The notes beneath the pieces were generated by a model that saw nothing but the letters and a program-made list of their open reading frames with translations, ran no database searches and had not been told where the DNA came from. A DNA stretch of 64,000 bases from Nageia nagi (Eukaryota; Plantae; Pinophyta): assembly GCA_050084985.1 (NCBI GenBank), contig JBITNC010000001.1, positions 162,812,001 through 162,876,000 of the forward strand, in the 5' to 3' direction. The position numbers and the translations under genes are program-made. This document shows positions 51,580 through 64,000 of the stretch, piece after piece; position 1 is the first letter of the stretch, and every line of letters starts with the position of its first letter.

Positions 51580-54500
51580 TTCACCTCATCAAAAGAGGAT
51601 AGCATTGCTTCCACATCATCAATTTGCTTGCTATTTTTCTAAATATTTTTGAAAATTTTGATTTTAGAACTAGTGAATCATAAATCTTCCATAATTTTGG
51701 GACTCCCAATGTGGTTAATTTTTGCAACTCTATCTTCAAAGTCTTTGTTCCTTGCAATTGGTTCAACATGTTTTTGATCTCTTAACAAACCCACTTTCCT
51801 TGTAGTTGGTAATTGATTACTACCATAAGTTCAACTCGATCCCTAATATTTAGGGCCTATAAACCTTCATTTTAAATTTCATTTAGTTTCTTATTTTCTT
51901 TCTTGGCCTCTTCTAATATAGGATATAGGATACCCTCACTCTACCGACATCTACTTCAAGCCCTTTTAATTCCAACAAACACATTTCAACATGATCCCTA
52001 AGATGAATCAATTTCTTGATTTCTTGGTATCTTTATTCCCAAAATTTCTCCTTTATGGCTAACAAGAGACCCTTATCCACTCTGTACTTCTTCATGCTTT
52101 ATTGTAATTAAGCTACATTTGCATTTATACTATCAATGATTGAGTCTTTTGATGCAATTTTTATTATTCTTGTAGCTATTTTTGCATCTTTTTTAGCAAT
52201 AGTGGCATCCTTTTTGCTCATGCTATCAATGGTAGGAGTGGTAGCTAGACTTTCCCTTAAAATAGCTATATTGTTATCGATAGCTTTCAACTTGACATTT
52301 TAAGCAACCAACTGCTTCTTCATCGCTTCATGGGCCTTTTGTAGCTTGTTATACTTGACCTCTAGTTTGTCCAACTTTGATATATTTAGGTCTATAGTAG
52401 TTTATAACAACTCATTCTTATCACTTCAGGGAATGCTTCTCATATCTATCATCACCCAAGTGTTCATGGAGGTTAAATCGCTATGCCCTTCCTAGGGATC
52501 TTGGGCTATAGCCATCTCTAACACTTTATTATTTGAATCCATGGAAGTTTGAAGCCTTACTGGATTATCAAGTGCTAGGATTTTCTTCAATTACTTCCAC
52601 ATCCATTATTCTTGGTTACTCTTCATTTTTTGGTACTACTGCATAATCCCATCAATGAACACTTGCTTCCTAGATATAGTGATGAATGGAGATCCAACAC
52701 TCAAGTCCTAGGAAGGGGAGACCATAACTTGTTTTATTAGTATTACAATATTGGCTTGGTTGGATCCTAAATTTTTGCTATTAATGGGATTTATTATGGA
52801 AAATATTGGATTGGTGGTGGTGATGATGGTATAGTGATGACATCAGTAAGAGGAGCAATAGAGGAAATCGATGTGGAAGGGGTAGGATCATGCCATTGGA
52901 AAGGTAGTGGTAACATTAGAATTGGTTATGTGGTGGGTGTAAGAGAGGTCATCATAACTATAGAAAGGAGGGATTGAGTGGAAATGGGTGAGACAACTTG
53001 AATAAAAATTGGTATGATAGGTTTTGTTATGAAGGTATCCGAAAGAGAAGTAGAAGGAAGAGAAATTTAAAGTGTACTTGTTAGAGTGGGGGTCCTCTTC
53101 TTTTTCTTAGGAAAAAGTGGGCCTTCTGAGCTTTCCTCTTTACTATATACACTTCTCACCCTTTTTATGCCCCTTTTATGGCTTCAAAGGTAGCTTCTCT
53201 AACCTCTTCTTCAGCTTTCTTCTCTTGGCTAATTTCTTGAGCTTCCAGCTGATCTTATTCTTCTTCATCATTGCTTCTAAGATACTCTTCAATAGTGACA
53301 TCTAAAGGGTATTCCATATTCCACATATACTTGAACACATCATTGAGGTTAGACTCAAGGGGGGTGAATTTATTCCCTAATTCAATTTGGTATTGGTTAA
53401 ATGCAGTAAGTTTATCCTCACTCCACTTAAGCCTTCTCAATGTAGCCAAAATTTTTTGGGATTTGAATCGATCCTTGGATTAAAAACTACCTTCTCATAA
53501 AAACTCATCCAAGGCGATAATAAATATTTAGCAATCATACAAATGGGTATTGATTTATCCCTCTCCTCCAAATTTCTCCACTAGTCTAGCTCTGGTTTAT
53601 CTTTTGCTTTGAAGCTAGGAGGGTTGGGCTAATTTTTCAACCTTTTACCAAAGACATCTTCTGGATCATACAACTGATATTAAATAATTCTTTTAAACTT
53701 CAACCCAAGTAGCTTCTCTTTTAGTTGGTCACCCCCTCCTCTACTTTAGAGTACCAAGTCATGCACCTTATGAGGTAGAGCATAAACTAGTCTCTTCTTA
53801 GCTATAGCTCCATAGTTTGCATCTACATAATCTATTTTCCTTCCATACTCTATACTAAAGATCCAATTAGTGATGTGTATAGGTAACAAGAAAGGGGCAC
53901 CAATGAAACCATAAATTCTAATGAATGTTCCTTCCTTAGCAAAGAACCAATCTCCAATCTCACCATGAGGCATCCAAAGATACAATTTTGATGCATTCGA
54001 TAACATTGGAATTTTAGGAGCAAATAGACTCATGGCTAGAACTAAAAAATTTTCCACAAAACTATAGTAATCGATCGATGACCTTACTTCTTTGGTCCAT
54101 TTATCCATAGACCTGAGGGACCCATCTCCATCATGCTTAAATAAGGTCAATATTTTGAAGAATCCTAAATTTTGATGAATTACCAACCAAACAATATACA
54201 ATGCATATGCAAAGTGAGATCCTTGATCAATTTCTACCAATTATTCTAAAATCCTATCTAAAATAGAAATAACCCAATCATAAATGGTGGGAGTATTTGG
54301 GTGAGAGATCTAGTAGGCTATAGTAAGCTTTGTTGGTGAGATATATTTATCTAACCTTTCCCCTACTACTACTGATAACATAGATAACAACAATTATAGG
54401 TACAAGGAGAAACTAGACAACAACACTTTAGAATTTGGAACCTCTAAGAAATTCAAAGCACCATCCACATTCCTATTGAGCTGAGATAGGATGTTCATCC

Positions 54501-55010
54501 TCATATTTGAGCTTGGTCTTATGTCCCAATTTATCAAGATAGGGGAGACAATGGGGTAGGTGGATTAAAAGTGCTAGCTAAAGATGTGGGATCTAGACTA
54601 AGAACCAGCTTCCCTTGTAAATTCTTTACAACCCTCATTATAGGATCAAATGCCCCTTTGATTAGCTCTATCAACTTTGGTAATAGGAAACATCTATGGG
54701 GAATAAAATACATAATTACTAACCCCATTGGTGTGTGAGCAATATGATTAAATCCAAAAGTAGGATACTTACCTTCTGTGATGCCCTTTGGATTCTTATT
54801 TTGAGCTGTTATCTTTGTGTCCCATAGCAAATCCATTAAATCCATAACCCTTTTAACCACCCTCCTTGGAGTTGGCAACATATTCTTTCTAGACTATGCT
54901 ATGCTTCTAAGTATACCCTACTTCAATTTAATAACTCTAAATGACACTCTACATTTCCTAGCACTATTGAAGACTGGAAACTCAGATAACTACTACTCTT
55001 CAAAAGATCT
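51580..55010 (-). pseudogene. Decayed ~1100-codon accessory ORF of element E (conserved N-terminal domain, charged segment, S/T/P-rich linker, C-terminal coiled coil)
   Basis: Same-strand ORF pieces are 54534-54881, 53746-54240, 53255-53449, 52108-52290 (KKDATIAKKDAKIA heptads) and 51581-51769, with a S/T/P-rich stretch at 52780-53100. It is homologous to D's 7000-9114. Confidence 0.75.
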
Positions 55011-55292
55011 AGAGTTTGTATGTTTTGAAATGCACAACCTTTTCTTCTTTTATTATTAAATTCCCATACATCACATTTGTGTTTTCAATCATGCAACATG
55101 ACTACCATGCCATTTGAATTAATAATCAATTTGATGCTTCCAAGCTTTTCTTGGGAACCCTGATTCCAACGAAGCCTAAAATGCATCAAGTCATTAATAT
55201 TACCAATGAATAAAAAATAGTCTTACATGAAAATTAAATGCAAACACATCATATTTACAATATTTACAAATGTAGTAAATTTTGTTTTAAAA

Positions 55293-58200
55293 TCATTCTC
55301 TTTCCCGTGCAAGCTTGTAATGTTTCAAATGCTATCTATTTACTAAAATTGGGAGTTTCCACTTGCTTAATTTGGCTATTTCAAAAGTATTTCTCCCAAC
55401 ACACTTGGCTATGATGTATGGTCCTGACCACAAAGACTCAAACTTCTTATGCTTTCTAGGTTTGGCTCTATCTTCGTCCCATTTTAAAATAAGATCTCCT
55501 TCATTGAAGGTGTTCAAAGAAGCTTTTTGAGTATCAAACCACCTCTTTAAAATTTTATTTCTCTTTTGTAAATTTAGATATGACTTATTCTAGGACCTTT
55601 CAGATGTAATAGTTCATTCATCTATACTTGAAGTGGTTCAAATCCTTCACCATATTCTTGAAGTATTGTCAAAGTAGGAAGCTCTATATGACTTGGTAGC
55701 AAATCCCTTTTTCATACACAAACACATATGGACTAGTCTTGATAGCCAAATTTATAGTGATTCTATTTGCTCATAATGCCCAATTTAGCTTCTCATGCTA
55801 GGTCTAGGGATTATCCTCTACAATTCTCTAAAGGATCCTTAACAAATTCTTGTTTGTCGATTCAACCAGCCCATTACCCTATGAATAGTAATTTGAGGAA
55901 GTCTTCTGATAGATCTCATATCTCATAGAAAAATCGATAATATCTATCCCTACAAATGCCAAGCCATTATAAAAAATGATTGTTTGAGGAATTTCATACC
56001 TAGTAATCAACTTTTCAATGAATTTTAGAATAGTTTTCTAATTTGCTTCTTTCATGGCTTCTACTTCATCCCATTTGGTGAAATAATCAGTGGTGGTAAT
56101 AATGAATTTATGCCCAATTGAAGAGTTTGGATTAATAATTCCAATAAATTCTAATCCCCACTATTGAAAAGGTTCTTCCACCTAAATTGGTTCTAATGGT
56201 AAATCCACCTTTCTCTTTCTATCTACAAACCTTTGACATTTCTCACAACTTTGAACTTTCGTAAAAGCATACTTGAACATAGTGGGCTAGTAATAACCCA
56301 CTTGAATTATTTCACCCATCATTGTATATCTAGAATAATGATCTTTAGATACCTTGGAATGAAATTCTTTGATCAATTTTGCTATCTTGGATGAAGGTGT
56401 ACACCTCAGCAATACTCCATCATCATTTCTTCTATAAAGCACTTGGTCAATTTTTGTATAATTTTGGGCATGAATTTTAAATCTTCTTCTTTGTGATACA
56501 TTTAAATGCATGGAGATTTTACCAGATTCAAAATACCTATTTAATTGGCCTATTTAGTAATTTTTCTCCATGTCTAGTTCCTCATTCAGAATTACTTGTT
56601 CGATGAAATATACACTATTTTTTCCTTCAACATCTCTAGCTAATTGCTCACAAAGGGCCTTTCCCTTTATGAGTTTAGTAGGTCTAATTTCCACATCATA
56701 TATTAAAATTTTAGAAATCCATCTAGGTATACCTTCCCTAATTTCTCCTTGCATTATGTAAGATCAAACATCTGGATGTATAATTAAGACCAAGACTCTA
56801 CTTTGACCTATATAATGTTTCAACTTTTCCAAAGACTTTAGTATTGCTAGGATCTATTTTTCCACAAAAGTGTACTTCTCCTCACATTTATTCATAGTTT
56901 GACTAAAAAAGGCAATAGAAAATTCTTCATTATTTTTAAATTTCTATGTTAGGATAGCTACAATACTTGAATTAGAGCCATATGCATACAAAATGAACTC
57001 CTTGCTGAAATCTGGGTTCCTTAAGACAAGCACCCTAGTTATTGCAAACTTGACTCTTTTAAATGTTTCTTTTCCTTCTTCAATCCATTTGAACATAGCA
57101 TTTTTTTTAACATGAAATTAATAGGCTTAATAATGCTTGAAAAATCTTGAATGAATCTTCTTACAAAGTTAATCTATCCATAAAAGATTGTAAAACCTTT
57201 TCATTTGAAGGAAGAGATAATTTGTTTATTGTTTCTACCCTATCCGAATCAATAGCCCAACCTTCTTTTAAAATAAAATGTTCAAGAATATTTCCTTTAT
57301 CTACTACAAAAATTAACCTTTTGGATTTAAAGAAATTCCATACCTTCTACATTTGATAAAAACCTACTCCATATGCTATACATGGGAACTCCTATCATGA
57401 GAGAAAATAGTGATATCATCCAAGTATACTAGCATAATTTTATTTACCATTTCTCCAAAAGCATAGTCTATAGCCCTTTGAAAGGTTGATCCTACATTTG
57501 ATAATATAAAATGTATTCTTTGGAAAGCAAACATTCCCCATTTGGTTGTAAAAGCCATTTTGAACTGATCTTCATTTTTTACCTAGACTTGATTATACCC
57601 TAAAAAACCATCTAGTAATAAGAATATTTCCACTCTGGCCATAGTATTTAATATTTGTTCCATAGGTGGTAGAGGATAGTGATATTTTAATGAGACTCTA
57701 CTTAAACCTCTAAATTCCACACATAGTTGAATCTCTCCACTTTTCTTTCTAACTGGGACTAAGTTTGCCACCCATGTAGAATGTTTAATAGGATATATGA
57801 TACTAGCTTTATACAGTTTCAAAACTTCTTATTTCATCACTAATTCAATCTTGGGGTTTACTGGCCTCTATTTAGGAAGAATTTCATACTCCTTATGATT
57901 ATCAGGGTTTATAATTATACCCTTTAATCTTACCTAATCATTTCTATTGAAAAACCCTTCGAATGGAATTAGATCTCTAGGAATTATATTGTTGTTCAAT
58001 TGGATTATATCTTGTTCCTGAAAGATGTCAACATCTTCTTCTCCTACTACATGATACATAGTCTATTATAGCAAATATTGATTGATTTTAGCCTCATCTC
58101 TAAAGACTTTCCAAAAGGAATCATTATCTAGAATGGAATATCTAAAGATAAGTTGAACCCCCTTTTTCTGGAACCAATCACTGGTGGGATCAAAATTGGC

Positions 58201-60090
58201 TCTCATTTGAGCCAGAGCATCTGCTTCTTGATTCAACCTCCTTGGAATGGATTGTATGTGCAGAGCTTCAAAATTTTCAAGTAGATCCAATAGTCTATTT
58301 CTATAAGACTTTAAATAATGATGTTTAATAGAGCACTTGCCTATGACTTGGTTTACAAATTAAATTTGAGTCTCCTTTAATTTTCACATAGTAGATTTAC
58401 ATTTTAATTGCTTATTCCAGACCAAGGAAAAGGACTTCATACTCAAACACATTATTGGTGCACATCCATGTGAGCTTGTATGAGAATTTATGAATTTTTC
58501 CCATTGAATCAATCAAGACAATCCTAGTACTTGACCCATTTTTAGATCTGGCTCCATCAAAGAACATTTTCTAGACTTCACCTTTTTTGAACTCTTCATT
58601 GGTGAGCTTTGGGATGAAAGGCTCTGGTTCCATCAAATAATAATTCCTAAAATCCATGTCATAAATGGTGCTAAGCATATTCATAGACACAAGATCTTTG
58701 ATTTGCAATTCCTCCAATAACTACTCACTCTCTTCCAACTCACTCAAGATTGCATTGACCTCTTCCTTCTTTTCTACATGAACGTCAAAAAAAATTTCAT
58801 TATCCAACCTTACTCTCTTATCTCCATAATTAATTAAATAATGAGTGTAATCCATTACTAAATAACCCCCTATTTTTGTTATGACCTCCATACATAGACA
58901 TAACTGAAAAAGAGGAGGAAGTTCAACTACTACAATTTCCTTAGTGATGCCCATAGAAAGACACTTATGTATCTTTAGAACTATATCTTTGATAAGCCTA
59001 ATAGTCTTAACTGGGTTGAGTCTAACTACAACACTCTTATAGATTTTCTAGTAAGAAGTAGCCCCATTACATCACATACTACTTTAGGCATGATTGTAGT
59101 GGCTTATCCAGAATTGAATAAATAATTATGTATCACATACCCATCGACCTCTAAAGTCATATAAAAAGTTGGAGGTTTATTTTTTCCCATTCTTGGATAT
59201 TTGGATGTCTCAAACAAGTTTACCACCCTATCCATTCCTTCATTTAATGCTATGAGGGTTGCTCTTAGTAAATTGATTTGCCCATGGATTTTTTAGGCAT
59301 CAAATAAACATATCTTTGAAGGGGTTCTCTTTAATTCTTCCACAATATTGAAATCATGAATGACTAGATACTTACCATCTTTTTTGATGAACCTTTGTTG
59401 AAAATGTTGAGTATCATCCCTCATCTGATGCCTAGTGAGCAAGAAAAACCTTAACTTTTAGATCATCGGATCACTGACTTCATCAACTTTAGGCATTTAT
59501 CTGGCTTCCAAAATTGGAAATTTATGAGATGCAACTTCTTTTGGGAGTTTCGTGTTCATAGAACAGACTTCTTGGAGGCTACTAGATTGTGACCTTTTGA
59601 ATATTAAACTCTTTTATCTAGGATATTTGATACATGAGGCCTCTTTGCAGACCTTATTTCTACAGCAAAAATGCCTACATTAATTGGGGTGAAATTCATC
59701 AAATTTACATTTTGACTCATATCATTAGCTACACTAGGTGGAGGAATTCCTTTGCTTTTCAACAAGTACTCCTAATATTGATATATAGGGTAAAAGGTTT
59801 ATTCATGATCATCATTTCAAGCTAAACATAAGCCTACTATCTACCTAAAACAAGAAGCTTGATCTGTATTCTCTACTAGCACATGTTGGTTTTGATCTTT
59901 TTCTATAGGCAGATATGGTAGTCTCTTAGCATTATTTTGTCTACTCAAGAGGGTGATCTGGTTTGCCATGTTCCTACATAAAGCTTTCAATTTTTGTATC
60001 TCATTTTGTGAGGGAGAAACTTGATTTACTCCAAACTGATGTGGGGTTGGTAAAGCCAAAGGAGCTCTTGGGGTAGGTAAGGCTAATGGA
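55293..60090 (-). pseudogene. Tat gag-pol remnant of element E: gag-PROT-aRH-RT-RH-INT
   Basis: Segments include gag 59841-60101, PROT 58721-59180, aRH KMFFDGARSKNG...CTNNVFEYE and LHIQSIPRRLNQEADALA (58066-58580), RT HSTWVANLVPVRKKSGEIQLCV, AFTTKWG and VYLDD (57376-57822), RH 56554-57050, and INT 55293-56511 (W.GPY, KFESLWSGPY). Confidence 0.92.
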
Positions 60091-63000
60091 AACTGATCCA
60101 AATAATTTGGATAAAGTTTGTGTACAAGCCACTCACTTAGAAGAAAGGGGAAAATTTGTTAAGGATGGTAAAAAGAAAAATGCTTCCAATAATAATACTA
60201 ATAATGATTCTGAAAAGAACAAAGGAAAGGGGAAAAAGAAAACTACATCTACTACACAAAAAGAGAAGTCTAAAGATGTATGTATACATTGTCAAAAAGA
60301 AGGTCATTTAGAGGCTAAATGTTGGAAATTGCATCCTGAATTACGCCCTAAACCTAAAGGTCAAAAGAAGCAAACAAATACTATTACTAAGGAAATTGAA
60401 GATGGTTCAGATGTAGATGAGAAAATGGCATGTATGGTTTTGCATAATACACCTAGTGAAGATGAGGAAAAGAAGAAAATTGAACTTTTTCACATCAAGG
60501 TGCAAGCTAAGAAGACTAGGATTGATACATTGTTTGATTCTAGATCTCAAGCTAACTTAATTGCAAAAAAGTATGTCAAATCACTTGCACTCACTACTCA
60601 ACCTCATCCAAACCCATATCCATTGGGATGGGTTAATAAAAATTCCAAGTTAAAGGTAACACAACAATGCAAGTTACAATTTGGGATTAACAGGGAGTAC
60701 ATTGATGAAGTTTTACTTAATGTTGTTCCTTTGGATATTTGTGGGATTGTGCTTGGTAGTCCTTATCTATGGGAAAGAGATGCTTTATTTTATAGAAAGG
60801 AAAACAAATATAGACTCATTAAATATGGAGTTGAATACATGGTTAGTGCTCATCAAAATAAGAAAAAGGATATTTCTTTGATTACTACAGGATAAGCAAA
60901 GAGACTAATCAATACAGGACAAATGTTTGTACTTGCAATGATGAAATCTCAAGATGAAGTGGAAATCATAAAGGCACTTGAGGATTGTGAACCACAATAT
61001 AAAGAAGAAGTAAAAGAGGTAATTTCCAAATTTGAAGATTTATTTCAAGTACCTAAAGAACTTCCATCGAAAAGAGATATACAACATGAGATTCAATTAC
61101 ATCCTGATGTTGCACTTCCTAATATTGGCTTATATAGAAATTCTACTTTGGAAACTAAAGAAATTAAGAAACAAGTCAAGGAATTGATAGATCAAGGAGT
61201 CATTAGACCTAGCACATCACCGTGTGGATCTCCTATTGTTATAATTCCAAAGAAAGATGGAACTTGGCATATATGTGTTGATTATAGGGCACTGAATAAG
61301 ATCATGGTTAAAAATTGATATCCATTGCCATGTATTGATGATTTAATGGATCAATTACAAAAAGCTAGGCTTTTCACAAAATTGGATCTAAGAAGTGGTT
61401 ATCATCAAGTATGAGTTAAAGAAGAGGATGTGTGGAAAATTGCTTTTAAAACTAGGCAAAGATTGTTTGAATGGTTGGTTTTACCATTTGGATTATGCAA
61501 TGCTCCTGCTACTTTCATGCATGTAATGAATGAGGTTTTAAGGCCTTTCATTGATGATTTTGTTATTGTGTATCTTGATGATATTCTCATTTACAGTGAT
61601 AATTGGAAATATCATGTGGTACATATTTGTAAAGTGTTTGAAGTTTTAAGGGAAGCAAAACTCTATTTGAAGATGTCTAAGTGTGAGTTTTTCAGGAAGA
61701 GTTTAATCTATCTTGGCCACATTGTAGGTGAAGGTCAATTAAGGATAGATCCTACAAAAATTGAGGTTGTGTTGAAATGGCCTACTCCCACTAATGTGAT
61801 AGAGAGTAGAAGTTTTCTTGGGGTAGTGCAGTATTTATGCAAGTTTATTGCTAACTTTTCTTACATGGCTTGTCCACTTCATGCAATTATAGGAAAGAGT
61901 CATGGATTTTAGTGGGGAGGGAAAGAACAACATGCTTTTGAATTGCTTAAAAGGAAAATTAGTAATTCTCTAGTACTTGCTTTGCCTAATCTTTAGAAAA
62001 CTTTTGAAATTGAAATTGATACAAGTGACTATGCTATGGGTGCAGTTTTATTACAGGAAAAACATCCGGTTTGCTATCACTCAAAAATGTTTACCAGTGT
62101 GGTAAGAAACTATCCCACATATGACAAAGAGTTATATGCATTAGTTCAAAGTGTTAAGAAATGGAAGCACTATTTGGTAGGTAAAGAGACAATAATTCAT
62201 ACATACCATCAACCCTTGCAATATCTTCAGTCATAATCTAAGTTGCAACAATCTAGGCACTTTCATTGGATGGGATTCTTGCAATAATTTCATTTGGTGA
62301 TTAAGTACAAGAAGGGTACTCAAAATAAAATTGCTGATATGTTGTCTAGGCCTCCAATAGTTTCTAGTGTTATGATTCTACAAAATAGTTCTTTAATGCA
62401 TGACGAGTATAAAGAACAGTATATGGTTGATCCTGATTTCCAAAATGTCTATCATAGATTGAGTCTTGGTAATGAGGTTGGAAATCATGACTTTCATTTG
62501 CATGATGGATTACATTTTTGTTTGGGAAAACTTTGCATTCCTAATGGTGAGAAGAATGATATGATTAGGGAAGCTCATACTTCTCATATTTTAGGGCACT
62601 TTCGTGTTGGGAAAACTCTTGCTAATCTATAAAGGTATTGTTACTGGCCTAAAATGCAAGAAAATGTATCCAGATATATCAGAGGTTGTATGTTATGCAG
62701 TGTAAGCAAACCCAATAATAGGAAATTTGGTCTTTATATGCCATTTTCCATTCCTACATGACCATGGGAGAGTATCTCTATGGATTTTGTTGGAGTTTTA
62801 CCTATGTCTAAGAGAGGTCATGATTATTTATATGTGGTTGTGGATAGATTTAGTAAGATGTGTATTCTAATCCCATGTAAAAAGACTATGATAGGTCAAG
62901 AGGTAGCTAATCTTTTCTTTACTTATGTGTGGGTACATTTTGGTCTTTCTACTTCTATCATTTCTGACATGGATTCCAGGTTTCTTGGAAAATTTTGGAC

Positions 63001-64000
63001 TTCTTTGTGGGAAAGGATGGACACTAAGCTAAAGAGGAGTATAGCATTTCATCCATAGATAGATGTTCAAACAGAGGTGGTAAACAAGATAGTGGTACAC
63101 CTATTACGGGGTTATTATGGTAAGCAACCTAAGACTTGGGATGAGCATTTGAGCTATATACAGCATGCATATAATTGAGCTTTACATTCTTCTACTAACA
63201 AAACACCTTTTGAAACTTGTTTTGGTTATTTGCCAAAATCACCTTTTGATATGGATTTTGCTTCAATAAGTGATGGACATATAGTTCTTCATAATGAGGA
63301 GGAGCGGGCAAATAATTTTATTGAGAGGATTAGATTGATTCATCAGAAGGTAAAAGAATAGTTGGAGAAGAGTTAGGCCAAGTATAAGGAGAGGCATGAT
63401 CATCATCAGGTGGATCATAAATTTCAAGTTGGGGATCAGGTATGGCTTCATCTCAGTAAGGAGAGATAGCATGGTTAGGGAAAGAAGTTGAAACCAATAA
63501 GGTATGGTCCCTTTACCATTATTGGTCAAGTTGAAGATAATGTGTTTCAATTGGACTTACGACCCTATATGCAAATGTATTTCATTATTAATGTTGAGAA
63601 CTTGAAGTTGTACGAACCAACCTTAGTTGTAGAAGATACAAATGTTATGTTACCATTAGTTGAGGATTTAGCCCTTGAGCACATGAATGTGTTGATTAAA
63701 GATGCAGTAATGGAAAATAAGTAATGATCATCTTATAGTGGCATACATGAGGTGTGGCATATTGGAGTGAAGGGCCAACATCCACATAAGGCCAAGTGGT
63801 ATGCAGTTGATTGAGTGAGGGAACTCGACTCTCACCTCATTTCATCATCCTAATTTCTTTTGGGGACAAAAGCTCTCTCTCAATGGGGAGGAATGATCCA
63901 AAATTTGGATCCCTTTAATATTTAGGAATCTTCATTTTAGTGTGTTCATTGTGATCACCTTCTCTTTAGCTTTCTGATGCTTCTTTCGGATCATGAATCC
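60086..64000 (+). mobile_element. Element F: Ty3/gypsy chromovirus (CRM-like), 5'-truncated, with 3' LTR running off the window
   Basis: PPT aatggggaggaa at 63882-63893 is followed by a TGAT LTR start at 63894. The protease context HPNPYPLGWV..LKVTQQC..VVPLDICGIVLGSPY is CRM-like. Confidence 0.85.
60100..63850 (+). pseudogene. Gypsy gag-pol of element F (CCHC knuckle, PR, RT, RH, INT, chromo-like tail)
   Basis: Motifs include [99 protein letters not shown] and YGPF. In-frame stops split it into the listed ORFs. Confidence 0.93.

Larger units (their letters stand above)
49900..60090 (-). mobile_element. Element E: Ty3/gypsy Tat-lineage LTR retrotransposon, 5'-truncated, with accessory 3' ORF
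   Basis: pol spans 55293-60090 and the accessory ORF about 51580-55010. A PPT-like aagttggggttag (51536-51550, minus) precedes a probable 3' LTR (about 49900-51535) with (c/t)(a/g)acatca sub-repeats. The left boundary is approximate. Confidence 0.8.

Noticed and set aside
60086-60895. 269-aa ORF as an intact host zinc-finger protein
   Set aside because: It is the gag-protease portion of element F, and its ATG comes from the antisense strand of element E across the junction.

Overview
This is an AT-rich, strongly CpG-depleted plant window, most likely gymnosperm/conifer (inferred from Tat elements with PROT-aRH-RT-RH-INT order and from the style of the PPR fragments). It contains no intact host gene and is almost entirely a reconstructable nest of decayed transposons. 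An old minus-strand Tat-lineage gypsy element (D, about 1-44140) carries a long accessory ORF 3' of integrase. That ORF is interrupted by a small hAT-like MITE (2554-2870), by a 3.95-kb hAT-like element with a perfect 8-bp TSD that has captured MAPKKK, PPR and U-box/USP receptor-like cytoplasmic kinase gene fragments (3068-7017), and by a non-autonomous SIRE-like copia (B, 9115-39355). Element B in turn hosts a full-length SIRE-like copia (A, 9120-18968) inserted into the first 5 bp of its LTR, and a Tekay-like chromovirus with ~5.2-kb LTRs (C, 22107-37102). Next come a ~5-kb shuffled, partly fold-back mosaic of PPR fragments and satellite modules (44560-49520) ending in a long hairpin, a second Tat element (E, about 49900-60090, minus) with a homologous accessory ORF, and a CRM-like chromovirus (F, 60086-64000, plus) fused head-to-head with E. 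The best candidates for novelty are the gene-capturing 'Pack-hAT', the conserved uncharacterised Tat 3' ORF, and the PPR-fragment fold-back locus. All calls were made by eye, with no database searches.
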